Source of the DNA: Antechinus flavipes | Lineage: Eukaryota | Direction of reading: 5' to 3' | Length of the DNA: 64,000 nucleotides | Assembly: GCF_016432865.1 (NCBI RefSeq) | Contig: NC_067398.1 | Span: 243,908,001-243,972,000 of the forward strand | Shown: positions 57,490 to 64,000 of the stretch, piece by piece | Numbering within the stretch: the first letter of the stretch is position 1 | Layout: every line of letters starts with the position of its first letter | Position numbers and translations under genes: made by a program | The notes under the pieces: generated by a model | What the model was told of the DNA's origin: nothing | The model's database searches: none | The model's input: only the letters and a program-made list of their open reading frames with translations

Positions 57490-58378
57490 GGTCTTGATCT
57501 CTTAAAGCAAGCAATAAGCAGTCATGGAATTTTGGATCAGAGAAGCAACATGAAGTGTGCTCTGCTTGGGGTTTTTAAGAAGTTTTAGGGTTTATTTCTC
57601 AGAATACTCTTGTGTTTTTCTCTGAGAAGACTTTGACTGCTTCTCCTAAATTCAGCCACTTTCAACTCAGATTCTACTTTTCAAATGACTGTATTTCCCA
57701 TCTGATTTACCAAGGACCTTTTAGAGAGACCTTGATTCCCCTGCTCCTAAGCCGAAGGTGGCTTTTTCTCTGTCCACTGGCAAATACTGTTCTGCCTGAA
57801 ATGCTTTATCTCTTTTCTCTCCAACACACAGCTCCCTCCCCCTTACATCAGCTCTCCTGGAGGAAGCAGAGAGCCTGGGGGATATGTTACTAATGTTTTT
57901 CCATCACCAGATTCAGTAGATTTGGCCTGATTTGGGGGGTAGAATCCTAGAATGTTAGAGCTAGGAGAGTCCATCTAATCTAATCTGTTCTTTTACAGAA
58001 AAGGAAATTGAGGCTCAGAAGGGAACAGTGTCTAAATGTTGAACTGCAGCAACATTACAGCCATAATACAGCTCTCTTAACTCTTATATCCCATTTCTAC
58101 TGAGTCAGTCATTGAATCTAAAGACTACCTACTGAGGGGTAATAAGGTGACCAATTGTTAATATGACAAATGTGAGAAACAACTATAATATAATGAAGAG
58201 AGGATTAACTTCCCTATTGTGTCTCAACTTATTCCTTCTTAGCTGTATTCCATTGGGCAAATCACTTAAACCCTCTGGATCTCTTTCTTCATTTGGAAAA
58301 AGGATAAATACCTTCTCTACCCACTTCACAAGGATGTGCAAAGGATCAATTGTGAATGCATGTGTTTATATGTGTATA

Positions 58379-58621
58379 GCAGCTAGGTGATGCAGGGAAT
58401 AAAGTTCCTGGCCTGGAGTCAAAACTGAGTTTAAATCTGGCCTTGTAACTCTTAACCTTGTTTGCCTCAGTTTCCTAATCTGTCAAATGAGCTGGAGAAG
58501 GAAATGGCAAATCACTTCAGTACCTTTGTCAAGTGTCAAGACATTAAGAAACACTCCATCTTCCAGAGCTAAGGATCCCAAATGGGGACATGAAGAGTGA
58601 AACAACTGAAATGACTGAAAA

Positions 58622-58623
<2 letters not shown>
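58379..58623 (+). mobile_element. MAR1-type (RTE-tailed) marsupial SINE
   Basis: tRNA/CORE head followed by the RTE/BovA-like tail gctggagaaggaaatggcaaatcacttcagt...ccaaatggggacatgaagagt...actgaaatgactgaa. Confidence 0.7.
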
Positions 58624-58674
<51 letters not shown>

Positions 58675-58685
58675 TGTGTCTGTGT
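58624..58685. repeat. (GT)25 microsatellite with a degenerate extension
   Basis: Pure GT run at 58624-58673 at the SINE tail. Confidence 0.95.
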
Positions 58686-58739
58686 ATAAAGCCACAAAAC
58701 ACTTTATTGTTATTATAACAATAGAATTCTTTTTCTTGC

Positions 58740-58910
58740 GGTTGCTATTTGTCCTTCATTCTCTGGAAAAGGACCATGACATCAGGGAGGTCTCACCATA
58801 ACATGCAAGTGAATTGGATTTGAGTGTGTGAGGCCTGGGCAAGGTCACCTGCCTCACTTTCCCCTCTAATACCATCCAGGGGCAGGATATAAATCAAGAG
58901 GATTGGAGAG
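58740..58910 (-). mobile_element. Marsupial SINE fragment (WALLSI/MdoRep-type; family uncertain)
   Basis: ttgtccttcattctc...gaccatgacatcagggagg...catgcaagtgaattggattt, recognised from memory as a common marsupial repeat. Confidence 0.5.
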
Positions 58911-59010
58911 AGTTCTATCAGGAACACAGCTGGGAACCTCTGGAAACTGATAATTGGTAATCACTTTCTACTATCGGTTATCCATATGAAGGCAAATAAT
59001 ACCATTGGAA

Positions 59011-59160
59011 GGGGCAGCTAGGAGGCGCAGTGGATAGAACACCAGCCCTGGGGTCAGGAGGACCTGAGTCCAAATCTGGCCTCAAATACTTAACATTTCC
59101 TAGCTGTATGACTCTGGGCAAGTCACTTAACCCCAATTTGCCTCAGCAAAATAATAATAA
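59011..59160 (+). mobile_element. WSINE1-type SINE with (AAT)n tail
   Basis: ggggcagctaggaggcgcagtggatagaacaccagccctg...; imperfect TSD aataataccattggaag / aataataccatcagaag. Confidence 0.88.
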
Positions 59161-59399
59161 TAATACCATCAGAAGAAACCCCATAAGCATAGCTAGAGTT
59201 AGTGGTGTCGTGTACATTGATCCAAAGAGCTTGTGGGCCCAGGTCCTGGGGATTATAAATAGATACTTCAGGTAGAAAAAAAGAAAAAAGAACAGATGGT
59301 TATGAGAAATAAATATCAAGTTAAGAAAATACTACTTGAAAGAGGCCTTGGTTTTCTAGAGAAGGGCTTAAGCTAGAAGAATGTTCCCTTCTTGGTTAG

Positions 59400-60058
59400 G
59401 AATGGAGCACACATATAAAAGGTCAGTAATTCTAGATAGTAATAAATAATTCATTTGGACCCCTACTTTATTCCAATCAGTATTAATCACTTAGATATGA
59501 TCCCATAGGAATAGTGATTATAAATTCTGTATATTGGGCCCCAGACTATAAACTGCAGATTCTAAAATCATTTGTTTCATCATAGGAAGCTAACTAGAGG
59601 CCTTCCACCTTTGTTTTTCCTTGTCATGGTGACCAAGCCCAGTGATGACTCAATTACACGGAAAGTCCCCCAAACTTAGTTTTGTATCTCCATTCTCTCT
59701 TGTCCAATGTGAGTAAATGAGCATTTTATGACCACTTAGTGGAGATCTCCTATGCTTTGTCCAACCTAAGGACATCACTCCCACCCCCCTGGGAAAGGGG
59801 TTGCCCCCCATACTATTTCTAGCTGATTTATCATTTTTGCTTCTCTAAGGAAGTTCTATCAACCAATTGGACTTTACTTTGTATAGCCCATTTAGAGTGT
59901 TCTTTATATAAAACTAAGGCCCCAGAAGAAGGGGGCATTTCAGATTGTGAGGAAGATCTGAGATCTACTTCAGAGGGGACCATGGACCTTTTAACAAAAT
60001 GCTCTTGGCTCAGAGGCCTGTCTCTTTTATTGTAGATGGGACAATTTTAATCCTCACA
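59400..60058 (+). mobile_element. Possible old solo LTR
   Basis: CCAAT and TATA (tttatataaaac, ~59923) layout and an end in ...cctcaCA. No TSD or clear 5' TG was found. Confidence 0.3.
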
Positions 60059-60180
60059 AGATCTTATTAGGAAGTCTTTAAATTGAAAAATGGAGAGAGA
60101 AGATTGACTGCTCACATACAGCCATTAGGGCAAGTAGCACATAGATTATTAGTGAAAATAACAGTATTTAAAGCCTCAGA

Positions 60181-60270
60181 TATCTATATCTATATCTATA
60201 TATATATATGTACATGTATATATGTATGTATGTATATATATATATATACACACACACATACATACATACA
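60181..60270. repeat. Compound (TA)n/(TATG)n/(CA)n microsatellite
   Basis: Seen directly in the sequence. Confidence 0.9.
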
Positions 60271-60779
60271 TAAAGACAATTTATATAATATGGACAATAA
60301 TAAACTCAGAGAACAGGCAATTTGATCTCAATAGGTATCAGTAGATTTCTTGGGATGCCAAAAGAAACAGATTAGATAAAAGGGAAAATGGGGAAATTTT
60401 ATATATCAAGAAGGTAATATAATGTGTGGAAATACACAGATCAGAAATGGGAAAGCATGGCAGAGAGAATTTGGTTGAGGATTAATGGAAGGAGAAACAA
60501 AGGACAATTTGATGAGTATCTATTATCAACCATGAAGCAATGACTGCTGTAGCTGTGGGACAGGTAGAAGGAGCATGGGAACAACAAAAGCCTCTTAATG
60601 ACTTACTTGGACTTTAAAGAGACATATTCAAAGGATGGAAGCAAAGGTGGTAGATTTTATAGGAAGAACTAGGACACAGCACACACACAAAAAATGTTAA
60701 TTTAATATAAAAAGGAGAGGCATAAATCAACAACTGTTCGTTGTGAAAAGAACTTCCTATAAGTTATTGTTATTGAGGG

Positions 60780-61200
60780 GGAAAAAAGTTCAGTTATAAC
60801 TTTCTAGAGAAAGATAGTCCATAGAGAGATGATGGTCCTGTGAACACTGCTTGGACTATATCTGTAATATTGGTTCCACATTCTAGGAAGGATCATAACA
60901 ATATCAAGCATGTCTGAGAGTGAACAGGATTGTGAGAGAATTGAAGACCCTATCATATAAAAGTTTCTTCAGTTGAAGACACTAAAGCATAGTAACTGTT
61001 TTCAAGTGTTTTCCTGCTTTTCTCCAGAGAGATGAAATAGGTAAAAAGTTGTACCTAAGATTTTAATTCAATATATGAAACAATTTCTTAACTATTAGAG
61101 CCATCCTGAAGTAGTATATTCCTTATGTATGAAAGAGGGGGATGTTGTAGATAAAAATTTTTTATCAGTTAGAGATTAGATGATTTTGAAGGAACATTCT
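60780..61200 (+). mobile_element. Ancient CR1/L3 LINE 3' fragment
   Basis: Degenerate ctatatctgtaatattgg...ccacattctaggaaggat...aactgttttcaagt...ttaactattagagccatcc pattern typical of L3 3' ends. Confidence 0.5.
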
Positions 61201-61279
61201 GAGATCTCTGTGATAATATGAAATAATTTAAAGTAAAATCAAGAGTTAAATGTATTAGAGTTAAATGTACTTGGTGCTC

Positions 61280-61720
61280 ATCATTTCATGTAGTCTGTCA
61301 TCTGCCACCTTTGATCTCTCTGCAACCAATGACTATTTTATCTTTCAGCCATTGTCTTTTTCTTGGACCTTCGTCTCCTCAACTGGATACTTTTGATTAA
61401 TCCTTCTTATTGGAAACTCTTCAGTTTCCCTTGGCACAATATAATTCTTTTTAACTTCTCTATCTTGTTGACCCACTAGCCTCTTTATATATCTTCAGTA
61501 TTTCTCTTCATCAAGGCTCAATCTTTAATATTCTGCTCTTGATGCTCATCAACCTTGGTGATCTCATCCTTTCATTTCTGTGCAGATGACCACATAGTCA
61601 TAAGCTTCACTGGTCATTTCTATGTAGATGACTCTGAATTCAAATATATGTCTGTAGCCTGAAGTCTTTCTCCAGGTCCAGTCTTGCATATTCCAACTTC
61701 TTCTTGGATGATATAGTATA
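61280..61720 (+). mobile_element. Ancient L2 LINE RT-region fragment(s)
   Basis: Degenerate tatgtagatgactctgaattcaaatatat (YADD-like) and ctttgatctctctgcaacc motifs. Confidence 0.5.
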
Positions 61721-63904
61721 AACAAAATGCTTTGTAAGTCTTAAAACCTATGAATGTCAACTATCATTATATGTTCATGTTCTTGTAGCAGACTGTTATT
61801 CCCCAAATAAGCCCAGTGATCTCCCACGTCTAGCTTATTTTTAAGGTTCCCTAAGCTTAGAATATCACCCCTCTTTCACCATTTGATTCCTATCCATACC
61901 TTAAAACTCAATTTAAAATCTGTGAATATTTTCCTGATTCTCACACTCTTCCCCCTCAAGCTGGTAATGATTTTGCCCTCTCATTTCTCAAAAGGTTCTT
62001 GATAGCTCTCTAATGTGATAACTACTTAAAATAGTGATTTATAATTGTTTTTCCCTGTATATGCCTCCATCCTGTGCTAGACAGTAAACTCCTTGATAAC
62101 AGAGAATTTGTCTTATCCATTATGCTTTGGACACAAGGGGTATTTTAATGAGTGACTGAATGTTCCTGAAATCCAACATGTCTAAAATGGAATTTTCTCT
62201 TGTCTATTAAGTCCTAATTTTCCCCATTTGTCTGGGATACTGCTATTGCCCCTTCCATTCTTGTAGATGATCAGGAAATCTGGGAGTTGGCTCTTACTCA
62301 TTCCCCTGCCTGCTCTCTAGATCCAATCTATCACTAACTATTAATTCCTCAAAGTGACTTTTCCTTCTTTTCTGTTATCATCATTTAACCAGTGTCTCAT
62401 CAGCTCACACCTAGATTACTGCAACAGCTCCTTAACTGGTCCCCTGCCTTTAGTTTCCACCAGACTAGTGCCCCTGCATTTCTGCTATGACTATGTCACT
62501 CCTCTGCTCAGAAGGCTCCTCCTTTCTAATTAATATCAGAAAATCAAAGGTGGTAGAGAAGAAAGGGAATTCAAGTTATTTAACCTAAGTTCTTGATTTA
62601 ATAGCTGGGGAAACTGAGACTCAAAAAACCAAGTTGGTGGTGAAAACCAGGAGGACCAAAATGTCTGAGGGAGCAAAGTCTGAAGCCAGCCTTCATTGCT
62701 TGGGATTGAGGAGGCTTTTCCTATTTATTCCTGCTTCTCCTCCTAAACTATTTATTCCTTTTTACTTTTTTTGATAATACTAACCAGTCTTATTTTTTTA
62801 GACTTGGAAAAAACAATCTCTAACTTTTCTGTGATTTTCTATCATATCTGCTTTATTTATATTTAAAATTAGATTGTTTTTTCCTAGGGGATGAACATTA
62901 TGCCTTGCTCATCAAATTTTGCCCAAAATGACCTCTTAGGTCTCCTATCCTAATATTGTACAAATAAAAACGGTATATGGTGTGTAGTGTTGAGTGCAGA
63001 AGGACCTGAATTTCAACCCTGATTGTAATTGTTGTTACTGAAATGACTTTGGCCAAGTTATTTCCCATATCTAAGTGGCTGTTTGCTTCTTTGTTGAATT
63101 AGAGGGAAAGAGGGTGACTAAAATGATCTCCAAAGGACCTTCTTGTTCCAGACCATAAGATCCTACTACATACACCCTGAAATAACCAGAGTAGGTTGCA
63201 TGGATTTGAACTGATCCTGAAAAGGAAGGGCAACATTTGGAACTGGGGATTCTAGTTATTCTGGCTGAACTTCCTGCCTGCTTCTTTTCCGTGGAAGCTG
63301 CTACCCTTGGGTCAGCTTTTCCTCCTCTGGGTGGAATGGGGTAAAATATCCCCACAGACTAATTGCCTCATTAAACAAAATTGCACCTGGCTTCTCAGGA
63401 AACCCAGTGACTTCCCTAAGGGAGCAGGTAGGCTTAAGTGGTGGCTTGGAGATTAATGAAGGAAGTAATTATTGATAATTGAATTAATGCCTGTTAATGA
63501 AGACTGTTTTGTTGGGGGAAGGTGTGTGTGTGTGGGGGGGAAGAACTCTTTCTGGCCCTGCACAATATGGCGCCACTTTTCCAGCACCGTTTCATACAAA
63601 ACCCAAGCCACAAAACTTACTCTTCTCTACTATGAGACGTTTCTGATTCAAGACCTCAGTCAGCACCCAATTTTGCAGTCTTTCTAATTCACTGTTGAAA
63701 TGTATCATTAAATATTATTGAGTGGTGTAATTCTTTTCCCATGTTTCATCCCCTTAAGGAATTGTGGCGTTGCCCGGGGGTAGAATTACTCTTGGAATGG
63801 TTTTCCCAAAGGGAGGAACTACCCCTGGATGGGTGACTTCTGTTGGGATGTGGCTCTAATTTGTGTCCTCTCTCCATTCCAGGGGAGGCTCACCCCAAAC
63901 CCCC

Positions 63905-64000
63905 ATGGAAGTGGAGCAGGTGGAAGCCCCGCCGCCCCACCCAGGCTACACCCGAGCCGGTAGACGATTCAAGTGCCTCTCTTGCTCCAAGACTTTCCCC
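63905..64000 (+). CDS. ZNF668: Zinc finger protein 668, first 32 codons (runs off the window); exon acceptor at 63882/63883
   Basis: [32 protein letters not shown] matches the recalled human start [32 protein letters not shown]; strong acceptor 22 nt upstream of the ATG; synteny with ZNF646. Confidence 0.92.
   Translation, partial: MEVEQVEAPPPHPGYTRAGRRFKCLSCSKTFP

Overview
Eukaryotic genomic DNA from an Australian marsupial, probably a dasyurid (inferred from WSINE1- and MAR1-type SINEs and the L1 families; the species cannot be fixed from sequence alone). The window is syntenic to human 16p11.2 in reverse orientation: BCKDK (-, 11 coding exons, 410 aa), a ~20 kb L1/LTR-packed block, VKORC1 (+, 3 exons, 169 aa), PRSS53 (+, 11 exons, ~552 aa), ZNF646 (-, one 5.5 kb coding exon plus a short last exon) and the first 32 codons of ZNF668 (+), which shares a bidirectional CpG-island promoter with ZNF646. 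Exon boundaries were read by hand using GT/AG sites and phase continuity. Human comparisons are from memory of the orthologues and need alignment to confirm. There is no CRISPR array, rRNA or tRNA gene, and no unambiguous new gene; almost all short ORFs in the track are spurious or L1 debris. Most interesting: (1) a perfect 155-bp duplication with a 246-bp locally templated L1 insert at 14.5-15.1 kb; (2) a 22-bp GGTCCTAnnGACCGCCATnTT composite element present three times, with 8 GGTCCTA cores, in the ZNF646/ZNF668 promoter; (3) a CAG|GTAAGC recursive or dual-specificity splice site at the BCKDK start-codon exon; (4) VKORC1 changes at warfarin-resistance positions and loss of the R98/R100 ER-retention motif; (5) an apparent 1-nt frameshift in the ZNF646 last exon with a possible rescue acceptor.
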